Shown here: piece by piece, positions 26,130-35,661 of the stretch
Layout of the letters: each line of letters begins with the position of its first letter
Numbering within the stretch: the stretch's first letter is position 1
Assembly (NCBI GenBank): GCA_037443005.1
Contig: JBBIPE010000003.1
Coordinates: forward strand, 1-54,782
DNA: 54,782 nt
Origin: an archaeon
GTDB lineage: Archaea; Nanobdellota; Nanobdellia; Parvarchaeales; Parvarchaeaceae
Reading direction: 5' to 3'
Notes under the pieces: model-generated
What the model saw: only the letters and a program-made list of their open reading frames with translations
What the model was told of the DNA's origin: nothing
Database searches by the model: none
Translations under genes and position numbers: made by a program

Positions 26130-26657
26130 ATGAAATATTATACAGGAAGGGGGGATGACGGGGAAACAGACAAAGCCAGCGGAAGAATAAAAAAAGACGA
26201 CAAAATTATAGAGCTTGTAGGTTCCTTGGATGAGCTTAATGCCTTTCTAGGCTATGCAATCTCAAAAAGCGAGTATGATGATGTAAAAAATGCGCTTAGA
26301 GATATAGAAAAAAGGATATATAAGATCAGCGCGATTGTGACAGGATACTCTGAAAAGATAAAAAACAGGGAGATATCCATAAAAAATGAGGATATTAAAG
26401 AGCTTGAACGTAAAATAGATGCTTTTTCGGTTGAGACTCCAGACCTGATAAAATTTATATATCCCAATGGGAGCGAAGCTGCATGCACAATAAATATATG
26501 CAGAACACTCGCAAGAAAAGCGGAAAGAAAAGCCGTGATGTGCGAAGTTAAAGACAGTAATGTGCTTTCTTATCTCAATAGAGTTTCTTCTCTTTTATTC
26601 GTGCTTTTCAGGGTAATGAATAAGAGAAACGGGTATACCGAAGAAAAATTTGATTAA
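26130..26657 (+). CDS. PduO-type ATP:cob(I)alamin adenosyltransferase
   Basis: YTGRGDDGETD N-terminal signature, and LDELNAFLGYA. Confidence 0.85.
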   Translation: MKYYTGRGDDGETDKASGRIKKDDKIIELVGSLDELNAFLGYAISKSEYDDVKNALRDIEKRIYKISAIVTGYSEKIKNREISIKNEDIKELERKIDAFSVETPDLIKFIYPNGSEAACTINICRTLARKAERKAVMCEVKDSNVLSYLNRVSSLLFVLFRVMNKRNGYTEEKFD

Positions 26658-27169
26658 ATGACGATTACCCTGGTCTTTATGCCGAGTTTCTTGCCCATTT
26701 TCAATGCTGCGTCTTTTGCAAAATTAATATTGGATTTATCTACATGTATCTCAAACAAACGTGATCCTGCATTCAACCTGGCTGCCAGCCCTATTGGTTT
26801 ACCAAACGATTTCTGCATACCTGATGAAAAACGGTCAGCACCGGCACCAGTTGCCAGTTTATGCTCTCTCAAAACCTGGTGTGGATAAGCGACTACCACT
26901 ATATGAAAATTCTGATCAGTTATGCTGTCTGTAAGATACTTATTAGCGACTATTCTTGCAGACTCTAGAGCGTTATCCCTTATCTGGAAAGCTCTTTCAG
27001 ATAAAAGAAAAACCTTGCTGTCGAATTCTCTCTTTGTATTTCCCGAGTGATACTGGGTTATCTTCGGCCTCTGCGCTATCTTTATATAGTTCTTCGTCTT
27101 ATACTTGGATTTCCTTGTGTATGGGATCTTGTATTCACGGTATGCCCTTCCAGGCCTCATTTTTGCCAT
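26654..27169 (-). CDS. rpl10e: ribosomal protein L10e (uL16)
   Basis: MRPGRAYREYKIPYTRKS...GAGADRFSSGMQKSFGKP. Confidence 0.9.
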   Translation of the reverse strand: MAKMRPGRAYREYKIPYTRKSKYKTKNYIKIAQRPKITQYHSGNTKREFDSKVFLLSERAFQIRDNALESARIVANKYLTDSITDQNFHIVVVAYPHQVLREHKLATGAGADRFSSGMQKSFGKPIGLAARLNAGSRLFEIHVDKSNINFAKDAALKMGKKLGIKTRVIVI

Positions 27170-27171
27170 AT

Positions 27172-27372
27172 TTACCTTTTATCACCCTTTGATTTTGAGA
27201 AGTCTATGGTTACCTTACCCGATAACTTTATAGGCTGGCTTATGTTTGGAAGTTTTATTTCGAGGTTATCCAAATTAAACGAGAATTTCTTGTTTCTCCC
27301 GCCGATCATTCCCAATAACATCTGGGGCAGCATCCCAAATAGTTTATTATTATCGTTATTATCTTTCTCCAT
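27172..27372 (-). CDS. small protein, paralog 1 of a tandem pair
   Basis: It shares NLxNLEIxxxxxxxPIKLSxxVxxDFS with the 27443-27667 product. Confidence 0.5.
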   Translation of the reverse strand: MEKDNNDNNKLFGMLPQMLLGMIGGRNKKFSFNLDNLEIKLPNISQPIKLSGKVTIDFSKSKGDKR

Positions 27373-27442
27373 AGAATAATTATATAATTACAGGCATTTA
27401 TAAAGATTTACCCTGCTTGAAAGTTATAAACAATCTCAATAA

Positions 27443-27667
27443 TTACTTTGCAGCAGGTTTATCGTCCTTACTTTTACCGGAAAAATCCAAATCTACCCTT
27501 GCGGATAATTTTATTGGATACTTTAAACCAGACATGCTAATCTCAAGATTCGATAGATTTATAGAGACTTTCCTTTGTTTGGCTTTCTGTTCCAGCATAT
27601 TATCTTTTATTACCTTTGCTATCCCGGTAATTGCATTGTATATTACATCATCTTCTTTCTTTTCCAT
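27443..27667 (-). CDS. small protein, paralog 2 of a tandem pair
   Basis: VSINLSNLEISMSGLKYPIKLSARVDLDFSGKSKDDK compares with FSFNLDNLEIKLPNISQPIKLSGKVTIDFSKSKGDK in the neighbour. Confidence 0.5.
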   Translation of the reverse strand: MEKKEDDVIYNAITGIAKVIKDNMLEQKAKQRKVSINLSNLEISMSGLKYPIKLSARVDLDFSGKSKDDKPAAK

Positions 27668-27715
27668 ATTATTACTATAGTTTCTTCTTTTTATATAGTT
27701 TTAAAATACAAAAAT

Positions 27716-27798
27716 CGTCGGGAGTGGGATTCGAACCCACGCAGGCTTTCGCCAACACGCTTAGCAGGCGTGCCTCGTAACCGCTTGAGTATCCCGAC
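27716..27798 (-). tRNA. tRNA-Ser (anticodon GCT), long variable arm
   Basis: Reverse-complement cloverleaf: acceptor GTCGGGA/TCCCGAC, anticodon arm CACGC-CTGCTAA-GCGTG, T arm GTGGG-TTCGAAT-CCCAC. Confidence 0.9.
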
Positions 27799-27880
27799 AT
27801 CAAACAGATTAAAGTAGTTTAGATATTTTAAGCTATGCCATATAGCTACGACAACAAAGAATTTACTAATTTAAAACAAT

Positions 27881-28143
27881 GACAGGCCGTGGCCTCGAAA
27901 CAGCTATCCATATAGAGAGTAACAACATTTTCTCCTCACAGTTTACCTACAAGCACATCCCAGTTTAATTACGGTTGCTCCCTTCCGGGCCTGGCCGGGT
28001 TTTCAAACCAAGACATCCTATAGGGCTGTGAATCTACGATAGCTTTGCTACTATGTACAGAATCACTGTCCCTCAGCCACGCTTCACCGCGCCTAAAGTC
28101 CATTTGCGCTGCAGGGAGGGACTGACTCCCCGGCTAGCCTGTC
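27881..28143 (-). ncRNA. signal recognition particle (7S) RNA
   Basis: The minus strand contains the helix-8 signature CCAGGCCCGGAAGGGAGCAACCG. The 5' end GACAGGCUAGCCGGGG pairs with the 3' end GCCUGUC. Confidence 0.85.
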
Positions 28144-28335
28144 AGTATAATCTGAATATTCATAGATTAAATAAGTTTAATATATATAGCAAAAACTAAA
28201 ATCCGCTCATAATTTTAATGCCAATTATATATACTATGAGATATAAATTTTCCAAAATAAGCGCAGGTTTAAGACAGATATATTAAAAAACACAAAAATT
28301 ATATTAATATTATAATAAAAAGAGATAAAACTGCT

Positions 28336-29028
28336 ATGTCAAAAGAAAACACGGAAATTTTCGATCAAATTGCCGATAAATATGACAGGATTAACCATAT
28401 TTTTAGCCTTGGGATAGATAATATTTGGAGATGGCAGGCTGCAAAAAGCGCAATAATAGATCGGAAAAGCTACTCACTTCTTGATATAGCTACCGGCACA
28501 GGAGACCTTGTATTTAACATAGCCGAAATAGCAAAAAAACGCAATAAAAACATTGACATTACTGGAATTGACCTGAGTAGCAAAATGCTTAGGGTAGCAA
28601 AAAAAAGAGCGGAAGAAAAAAACATGAAAATTAAATTCGAGATAGGAGACGCGATGAAACTCAAATATAAGAATAATACATTTGATGTGGTTTCAAATTC
28701 AATGGCGCTGAGAAATTTTGACAGCGTTGAAAACTTTTTTGCCGAAGCATATAGAGTTCTTAAAACAGGAGGCAAGCTTATACTTGCAGACACGGCATAT
28801 CCTACTAAGATTTATTCAAAAGTAGGATTCTATTTATATTCTCGTATTATCTTAATGGAAGGTTCTATTGTAAATAAGAAGGGATATTCCTTTATGGTAA
28901 ATAGTATATTAAAATCCGATAGAGACAAAGTTAAAAGAATCTGTAGCGATTCTGGATTCAAATGTATTTCCATGAGGGATATGTTTACTGGGATACCTTT
29001 CCTATTAACTGCATATAAAACTAAATAA
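28336..29028 (+). CDS. UbiE/MenG-family SAM-dependent methyltransferase
   Basis: KYDRINHIFSLGIDNIWRW is the family N-terminal signature, and LLDIATGTGD is motif I. Confidence 0.8.
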   Translation: MSKENTEIFDQIADKYDRINHIFSLGIDNIWRWQAAKSAIIDRKSYSLLDIATGTGDLVFNIAEIAKKRNKNIDITGIDLSSKMLRVAKKRAEEKNMKIKFEIGDAMKLKYKNNTFDVVSNSMALRNFDSVENFFAEAYRVLKTGGKLILADTAYPTKIYSKVGFYLYSRIILMEGSIVNKKGYSFMVNSILKSDRDKVKRICSDSGFKCISMRDMFTGIPFLLTAYKTK

Positions 29029-29037
29029 ATGTAGGAT

Positions 29038-31392
29038 TTATATCACGGGAAATTCCCAGTCCTTTTCATGCTCGTCCTTCTGTTTAAGGTCCTTCTCCAG
29101 CTCGATCTTTTTCTCTATCGAAGCTACAAGCTCTCTTACATGGTCAACGGTGTCAGGATTCACAGAAATATCATCTATATCCGATCTTACTAGAAAATCG
29201 ACTATCTCATCGTATTCCGACGGCGCCTGTCCACATATGGAAACAGTCTTTCCGTCCCTGTGTGCGACCTTTATAAGATACCTTATCATCCTAAGTACGG
29301 CAAGGTTCCTTTCATCGTATATGCTGCTAAGTGTATCATTGTTCCTATCTGCACCCAAGACAAGCATCGTGAGATCATTTGAACCTATGGAATATCCGTC
29401 TATGTACCTGTTGAATTTATCGGCAAGTATTATATTGCTTGGTATCTCTGCCATCAGGAATATCTTGAAATCCTCATTTCTCTCCAGCCCGTTTTCTTTT
29501 AGTATCTCTAGAACCTTTTTAAGCTCATCAACTGTTCTTGTAAACGGAACCATTACATGGAGGTTCTTTAAATGAAAATCATTCCTGACCTTCTTTACCG
29601 CTTTCAGTTCCAAAACAAAAGCATCCTTATATTTCGGATCGTAGTATCTTGAAGACCCTCTCCATCCGAGCAATGGACTGCTCTCCTTCGGTTCGAACTG
29701 CTCTCCTCCTTCTAGATGGGAATACTCATCTGTTTTGAAATCGCTGAATCTCAGGATAACTGGTCTTGGATTGAAAGCAGAGCATACTTTTCTTATCCCG
29801 TCTGCAAGCGTATCAACGAGCATGTCCGCTTTGCCCTGCTGAAGGAGATACAAAGGATGCTTTCCTATATTCGCCCATATGAACTCCTCGCGCATCAAGC
29901 CTACACCGTCTACATGTAGTTTTGCAGTTTTATCGGCTAAATCCGGCTCTCCTAAATTTACCAGAATTTTTGTTCCAGTTATTATCATTCCGCCACTGGT
30001 TGATATAGGAGTGTTTCTCTCTTTTTCCTTATCTTCCTCTGCTTTTAATTCTCCATTATAGACCAGTCCGTTCTTTGAATCCACTGTTATTATCTGCCCG
30101 GTCTTTACAGTTTCAGTCGCTTTATTTCCCCTGCCGCCTGTTCCTACTATGCATGGCACTCCGAGTTCCCTGGAAACTATCGCAGCGTGCGATGTTATAC
30201 CGCCCTCATCCGTGACTATCGCCTTTGCTTTTTTCATTGCCGGAACCCAATCCGGGCTTGTCATCACAGTTATCAATATCTCCCCTGACTTGAACTTGTC
30301 TATGTCTTTCACGTCGAGTATAACATGAACAGGCCCTGAAACAAACCCTGGAGATGCAGGTAAACCAGACAAAATTATGTTTTCCTTGCTTTCTACGGTT
30401 TTTATCTTGTCCTTGTTAGACCAAACGGTTTCCGCCCTCGCCTGCACTATATATATTTTACCATCTTCGTCCTTTGCCCATTCTATATCCATTGGGTGAT
30501 TATAATGCTGCTCTATTTTCATGCCGTAACCAGCCAATTCCAAAACTTCCTTGTCAGTGAGACATTGCTTCTTAGCTTCCTCATCGCTTAGCTTTACATC
30601 CTTTGTGCCGCCATCTTTTAGTCTTAAAAGTTCTCTATCCTTATTTTCTATTATCCTCTTCTTTATCTGGATAGTTTTCTTATCTATGTAAAACAGATCA
30701 GGAGTTACTATACCACCCACAATATACTCTCCTAAGCCATAACTGGCTTCAACAACTATTACAGAGGTATCTCCATTGGAGACATCCAGTGTAAACATTA
30801 CCCCAGATTCTACGGAGAATATCTGTTTCTGTATCACGACTGCAAGCGCTACTGTCTTTGTGTCTATATTGTTCTTTGCTCGATAGTATATCGCCCTCTC
30901 ATTGAAAAGACTTGCGTAGCATTCCTTGACTTTTTCTATTAGCTCATCGTCGCCGTGAATGTTCAGATATGTATCCTGCTGGCCAGCAAAACTTGCATCC
31001 GGCAGATCCTCAGCAGTTGCAGATGACCTCACTGCTACAAATTCTGCATTCTCTTCCTTTACAAGCTTATGGTAATTCTCCAGCAAATCGCTTACAAGCC
31101 GCTTTGGAAGCTCGGCAGCCATTATAGTGCTTTTTATGTCAGAACTGGCCTTTTTAAGATCGCTTTCCGACTCAACATCTATATTTTTAACTGCGCTTTC
31201 TATCTTTTCCCTGAGTTTATTGCTGTCTAGAAACTCATTGAAAGCAAAGGAAGTAGTAGAAAAGCCAGGCGGTATTGGAACCTGCACATAATTAAACATC
31301 TCACCAAGATTAGCAGACTTTCCTCCTATCAGCGGAACATCCTCTTTTTTTATATCCTTAAACCATAAAACCATCTGTTTTTCCTTTTCCAT
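29038..31392 (-). CDS. ppsA: phosphoenolpyruvate synthase
   Basis: The product has an ATP-grasp N-terminus, a phosphohistidine swivel (GGITSHAAIVSRELGVPC) and a PEP-utilising C-terminus. Confidence 0.93.
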   Translation of the reverse strand: MEKEKQMVLWFKDIKKEDVPLIGGKSANLGEMFNYVQVPIPPGFSTTSFAFNEFLDSNKLREKIESAVKNIDVESESDLKKASSDIKSTIMAAELPKRLVSDLLENYHKLVKEENAEFVAVRSSATAEDLPDASFAGQQDTYLNIHGDDELIEKVKECYASLFNERAIYYRAKNNIDTKTVALAVVIQKQIFSVESGVMFTLDVSNGDTSVIVVEASYGLGEYIVGGIVTPDLFYIDKKTIQIKKRIIENKDRELLRLKDGGTKDVKLSDEEAKKQCLTDKEVLELAGYGMKIEQHYNHPMDIEWAKDEDGKIYIVQARAETVWSNKDKIKTVESKENIILSGLPASPGFVSGPVHVILDVKDIDKFKSGEILITVMTSPDWVPAMKKAKAIVTDEGGITSHAAIVSRELGVPCIVGTGGRGNKATETVKTGQIITVDSKNGLVYNGELKAEEDKEKERNTPISTSGGMIITGTKILVNLGEPDLADKTAKLHVDGVGLMREEFIWANIGKHPLYLLQQGKADMLVDTLADGIRKVCSAFNPRPVILRFSDFKTDEYSHLEGGEQFEPKESSPLLGWRGSSRYYDPKYKDAFVLELKAVKKVRNDFHLKNLHVMVPFTRTVDELKKVLEILKENGLERNEDFKIFLMAEIPSNIILADKFNRYIDGYSIGSNDLTMLVLGADRNNDTLSSIYDERNLAVLRMIRYLIKVAHRDGKTVSICGQAPSEYDEIVDFLVRSDIDDISVNPDTVDHVRELVASIEKKIELEKDLKQKDEHEKDWEFPVI

Positions 31393-31450
31393 ATAATTAA
31401 GAGAAATTTACAAGATTAATACCTTAATCCGCCAGCAGATGGCTTTTAAC

Positions 31451-31909
31451 TTAGCTAGTGTAATTATAAGTTGAATTCGAGGCAAGCACATTAAAGCCAA
31501 GCAAATTAGAATATGCCTGCAGCTTTATCACACCGTGCTTTAGGCCTTTCACCTCGACTACACCGAATTTTGCCGCAGGAATCACTGTCCCATTATCAAG
31601 CACAGTTACGGACTGATTATCCAAAGAAACCTTAAAACCATCTATTGAAACCAGATCTGCATTGAATACTATTATATTGGTTGTATTGTCTACACCGCTG
31701 GAAACACCCACTATATTAGGCCCGAAATTGACCGGAAGGCTGAAGCCAGGTAATCCTATTATTGGTGTAGAATGGAATATCAGCGCACTGCCGACAAATA
31801 TGAGAATTATAATTACTATGCCTTCAAGTGCAGGTTTTAATATGCGGATAAAGGTTATAACAGCTACTACGACTATTACTATACCTAGAATCAATTCTAT
31901 ATCAATCAT
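31451..31909 (-). CDS. membrane-anchored beta-rich protein
   Basis: Two N-terminal hydrophobic spans are followed by an S/N/V-rich domain. Confidence 0.45.
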   Translation of the reverse strand: MIDIELILGIVIVVVAVITFIRILKPALEGIVIIILIFVGSALIFHSTPIIGLPGFSLPVNFGPNIVGVSSGVDNTTNIIVFNADLVSIDGFKVSLDNQSVTVLDNGTVIPAAKFGVVEVKGLKHGVIKLQAYSNLLGFNVLASNSTYNYTS

Positions 31910-31966
31910 AAGATAATATCACATTAAAAGAATAAAAAGGTTAAAAATAAAAAAAATAAAAACCTT

Positions 31967-32146
31967 TTAGAAGTCGTGTGCTCTAAGTGTCTTTCTTCCG
32001 TCTGCCTTTGCCCTTGCCACTGCTTTGGCTATGGACTCTTTGACAAACTTGTCAAGACCTTCTATTGTGTCATCAGGGCAACGCATGTCCTTTCCGACTT
32101 TCTTGACTTCTACTTTTACTGAACTTTTTCTTACAAAATCTGCCAT
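31967..32146 (-). CDS. 59-aa histone-fold-like small protein (DUF1931-like; not in the ORF track)
   Basis: GGAGGT lies 5 nt upstream of the ATG. The product is MADFVRKSSVKVEVKKVGKDMRCPDDTIEGLDKFVKESIAKAVARAKADGRKTLRAHDF*. Confidence 0.55.
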   Translation of the reverse strand: MADFVRKSSVKVEVKKVGKDMRCPDDTIEGLDKFVKESIAKAVARAKADGRKTLRAHDF

Positions 32147-32550
32147 AATACCTCCAATTATACATTATTTAAGCAAATGGCACTTTAAAAAGCTGTTTAT
32201 GGCACAAATGGCTTTATATGACACTCTCAACCACTTAGGCATAGGTATTATGCCTATTTAGGATATGCTTAAAATTCTTCAATTTATGAATACTTTTTAG
32301 ATATTATTGAATCTCTCCATATTTTCTTCCATTATTGCTTTCCTGAATTCATTGAACTTTAACTGAATAGTTTATCGTTTTCATATTATTATATTTATCA
32401 AACAGCTTTTTGTATAATCTTTACACAAAAATTAGCATGTCGTTTATTTCTAGCTGCTTGTTTATTTACGAATAAAATCCGAATTTATTACATTCTCTTA
32501 TTGTCTTAATATTTCTTTATATTGTATTCCATACTAATATATTTATCCAA

Positions 32551-32598
32551 GGTTTGCTTTCATCCACCTCTATAAGGTGTATGATTTCCAGCTCGCCT
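32551..32598 (-). repeat. solo IS200/IS605-end-like hairpin fragment
   Basis: GGTTTGCTTTCATCCACCTCTATAAGGTG parallels GGTTCGCTTTCATCCCACGATTCAATAGTGGG at 16782-16814, with a compensated stem (CACC/GGTG versus CCCAC/GTGGG). Confidence 0.4.
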
Positions 32599-32620
32599 TT
32601 GTCAATAAAACGGAATAAAT

Positions 32621-34303
32621 ATGATAGATGAAGAAGAAATAAAAAAAACAGCATTAAAAAATGCGTTTATTCATGATGGAAAGGCGAGAACATCGTCTGT
32701 GATATCAGAAATGCTTGGTAAGGATAAGAACCTAATAAAGGAGATCCAGGAACTGAAAAGTCTTTCGGAAAAATACGTTGAAGAGGTAAACTCAATGAAA
32801 CCGGAAGAAATAAAGGAACTAGTTGATTCTCTTGGCATAATTGAAAAGAAAGAAAAGGAAAGCAAAGGCCTGAAGCCTCTGCCTGATGCTGATAAAGGTG
32901 TTGTTCTACGTCTGCCACCTGAACCTTCAGGTTATATGCACTGGGGGCATGCGCTGTCATTTATGATAAACTATCTTTACAAAGAAAGATACAATGGGAA
33001 GTTATGGCTGAGATTTGAAGATACAAATCCAAATCTGGTAAGAGAGGAATTTGTCAAAAACTTTGAGGAAAGTATAGCCTGGCTCGGCATAAAATACGAT
33101 GAAAAAAAGTTCATAAGCGAGGATATGCCGGTAATATATGAATTTGCTGATAAGCTGATAAATAAAGGCAGAATGTACGCATGCACATGCACTATAGATG
33201 AGATAAAACAAAACAGAGAGAACATGAAAGAATGCATACACCGAAATAACACAGTAGACGAGAACATGAGGTTATGGAATGATGCAAAGAAGGGCAAGTT
33301 CAAGGACGGGGAGATAATATTCAGGTTCAAAGGAAACATGGAGGATAAGGATGCCGCATTGAGAGACCCAAACCTGATGCGTATTATAATCACAAAATAT
33401 AAGCCATATTATGTATGGCCGCTTTATGATTTTGCAAGTGTTATAGAGGATGAAATCTGCGGTATAACGCATGTACTAAGAAGCAATGAATTCAAAACTA
33501 CACTTCAAACCGCATTGAGGAGAGAATTCGGATTCAGAGAGCCTCATATTATACAATTCAGCAGATTTAATTTTCACGGTACTCTTACATCGAAAAGAAA
33601 AGTAAGAGAGTTAATACAAAAGGGATATATTAAGGATTGGCAGGATATACGGCTTGCAACCATAAATTCCATGAAGCGCAGGGGGATACAGCCGGAGGCG
33701 ATAAAGGAATTTCTCACAGAAGTAGGATACTCATCTTCTGAACATGAATACAGTATTGAGATGCTGCTTACCTTCAACAGGAGAATAATAGATAAAGAAG
33801 CCAAAAGGCTTTTTTTCGTGCCAAATCCTGTAAAGCTTCTTGTACAGGATGCTCCTGCGATTAAAGCCAAACTGCAGTTCCATCCATCGAATGACCTTGG
33901 ATTTAGAGAAGTGCAGACTAACGGCACTTTCTTTGTTGATATAGAGGATATGGCTTCCGCAGATATAGGAGATATAATAAGACTTAAAGAACTTTACAGT
34001 GTCGAGATAGTGGATAAGGAAAATAAACTTATAACTTGCAGAATGCACAGCATAGAGCACAAAGAAGGCGAAAAAATAATACAATGGGTCACCGAGCAGA
34101 ATATACCTGTTTCAGTTACAAAAGTCGGGGATTTGCTGAATGAAGATGAGACATTTAACAGCAAAAGCCTTACTAAGATAGAGGGGATTGCGGAAAAAGC
34201 CACGGAAAACGTGGAAAACGGACAGATTGTGCAGTTTGAACGTTTTGGATTCTGCAGAATGGACAACAAAGAGGAGAAAAAGCTGATATTCATAAGTAGA
34301 TAA
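32621..34303 (+). CDS. gltX: glutamyl-tRNA synthetase (archaeal type)
   Basis: A HIGH-type motif (PSGYMHWGHA) and a class I Glx catalytic core (VLRSNEF) are present. Confidence 0.92.
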   Translation: MIDEEEIKKTALKNAFIHDGKARTSSVISEMLGKDKNLIKEIQELKSLSEKYVEEVNSMKPEEIKELVDSLGIIEKKEKESKGLKPLPDADKGVVLRLPPEPSGYMHWGHALSFMINYLYKERYNGKLWLRFEDTNPNLVREEFVKNFEESIAWLGIKYDEKKFISEDMPVIYEFADKLINKGRMYACTCTIDEIKQNRENMKECIHRNNTVDENMRLWNDAKKGKFKDGEIIFRFKGNMEDKDAALRDPNLMRIIITKYKPYYVWPLYDFASVIEDEICGITHVLRSNEFKTTLQTALRREFGFREPHIIQFSRFNFHGTLTSKRKVRELIQKGYIKDWQDIRLATINSMKRRGIQPEAIKEFLTEVGYSSSEHEYSIEMLLTFNRRIIDKEAKRLFFVPNPVKLLVQDAPAIKAKLQFHPSNDLGFREVQTNGTFFVDIEDMASADIGDIIRLKELYSVEIVDKENKLITCRMHSIEHKEGEKIIQWVTEQNIPVSVTKVGDLLNEDETFNSKSLTKIEGIAEKATENVENGQIVQFERFGFCRMDNKEEKKLIFISR

Positions 34304-34334
34304 ATTTTTATAACTTGTATATTCTCTATAAAAA

Positions 34335-35111
34335 ATGAAAAACAAGAATATCGTGATTTGGGACCTGGATTCTACGCTGATAGACACAGATTCTGTTTTT
34401 CAGGAAGCACAGAAAAAACTTATTAAAAACCTTTCCATACCGCTTGAGACATTCAATGTAAAAATAGACTCAGAAGATGAAAATGAAATTAAAACATTGA
34501 GAGATACAGACTATGAAGGCATAAAAATAAGAGGGCATATGGGCTATGATAAACCATATCAGCTGCCTCTGTCACTCCTGAACATTTATTTGGAAAGGTC
34601 TGATTCGCTGGCATACAGAAAAGCTGCATGGCTGTCAAACACAGGATTAAGTATAGCGGAATATGAAGGAAATGAATATTTAAAATCCCTGGAGAAAATA
34701 CCACAGAAATTTGATGGAATAGAAAGAGTCCTTGAAAAATCCAGTGACAATTATAACTTGCTTTTTACCGAGTATTATGATAGCCGAGAGAGACAATACA
34801 AAAAGATACACGAGAACAATCTCGAGAAGTACTTTGATCATATTATAATGACGGAAAAAAAGGACAGCCTATCAATAATGTCAACAGTAGAATACGCCAA
34901 ACTTGAGAATAACGCTAAAAATGTTGATGCTCTAAAAATAATATATTTAGATGATAGAAGCGAGTATCTAAGAATCGCAAAGGAAGCTTATCCGAAATGC
35001 TGTACTGTAAATGTCCTTTTTAAGGGGAAGGAGATATTCAATCAAATCGGTTCTGCTGATATAATGATAAAAAATGTGGCTGACCTCGAAAAGCTAATAG
35101 AAAGGATATAA
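34335..35111 (+). CDS. HAD-superfamily hydrolase
   Basis: Motif I is IWDLDSTLIDTD (DxDxT). Confidence 0.6.
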   Translation: MKNKNIVIWDLDSTLIDTDSVFQEAQKKLIKNLSIPLETFNVKIDSEDENEIKTLRDTDYEGIKIRGHMGYDKPYQLPLSLLNIYLERSDSLAYRKAAWLSNTGLSIAEYEGNEYLKSLEKIPQKFDGIERVLEKSSDNYNLLFTEYYDSRERQYKKIHENNLEKYFDHIIMTEKKDSLSIMSTVEYAKLENNAKNVDALKIIYLDDRSEYLRIAKEAYPKCCTVNVLFKGKEIFNQIGSADIMIKNVADLEKLIERI

Positions 35112-35117
35112 AGATAT

Positions 35118-35239
35118 GTCCCTGCGGCCGGATTCGAACCCGCAACCTACCGGTTTCTACAGCTGAAACTCTTCATCGCACTGACAAACAGCACTTGGTA
35201 ATTCTACAGCCGGTCGCTCTACCATTGGGCTACGCAGGG
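35118..35239 (-). tRNA. tRNA-Tyr (anticodon GTA) with a 49-nt intron at the canonical 37/38 position
   Basis: Acceptor CCCTGCG/CGCAGGG has the C1:G72 archaeal Tyr identity pair. The anticodon stem ACCGG/CCGGT is interrupted after CTGTAG. Gene length of 122 nt minus 73 nt mature tRNA gives the intron size. Confidence 0.85.
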
Positions 35240-35282
35240 TATTAAAATCTTAAACGAAAGAAATTAATAAAGCTTACTATGT

Positions 35283-35561
35283 TTAAGCTCCCACACTTTC
35301 CTTTATTATATTATCAATCTGAGATTTAATTGACTCGCTTATCTTCGCAAGAGTTCCTCCAAGATTGCCTTCTAGCTTCCTGTAATCATCTTCGCACATA
35401 TATCCATTATATATCTGCATCCTCTGCCCAAACCTTAAACCAACATCGACTGCAAACGACTTTACATCTGCTTCACATAAGTCTTTTCCACATACAGGGC
35501 ATGTCTTTGTTGCAATTTTCTGCTTGCACACATCACATATTGTAACAGTAACTTTTGCCAT
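35283..35561 (-). CDS. zinc-ribbon protein
   Basis: CDVCKQKIATKTCPVCGKDLC. Confidence 0.5.
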   Translation of the reverse strand: MAKVTVTICDVCKQKIATKTCPVCGKDLCEADVKSFAVDVGLRFGQRMQIYNGYMCEDDYRKLEGNLGGTLAKISESIKSQIDNIIKESVGA

Positions 35562-35661
35562 AATTCACCAGCGGCATTATCCGTCCGTTGGGACGACGCA
35601 ATGCCAGCGTTATTCAATAATTATTGCATTTTGCTTAATTTAAATGTTAATTTTGCTAAAA

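Noticed and set aside
32667-34387. Cluster of 64-138-aa ORFs antisense to gltX
   Set aside because: All are nested in the GluRS gene, have low-complexity composition and lack start context.
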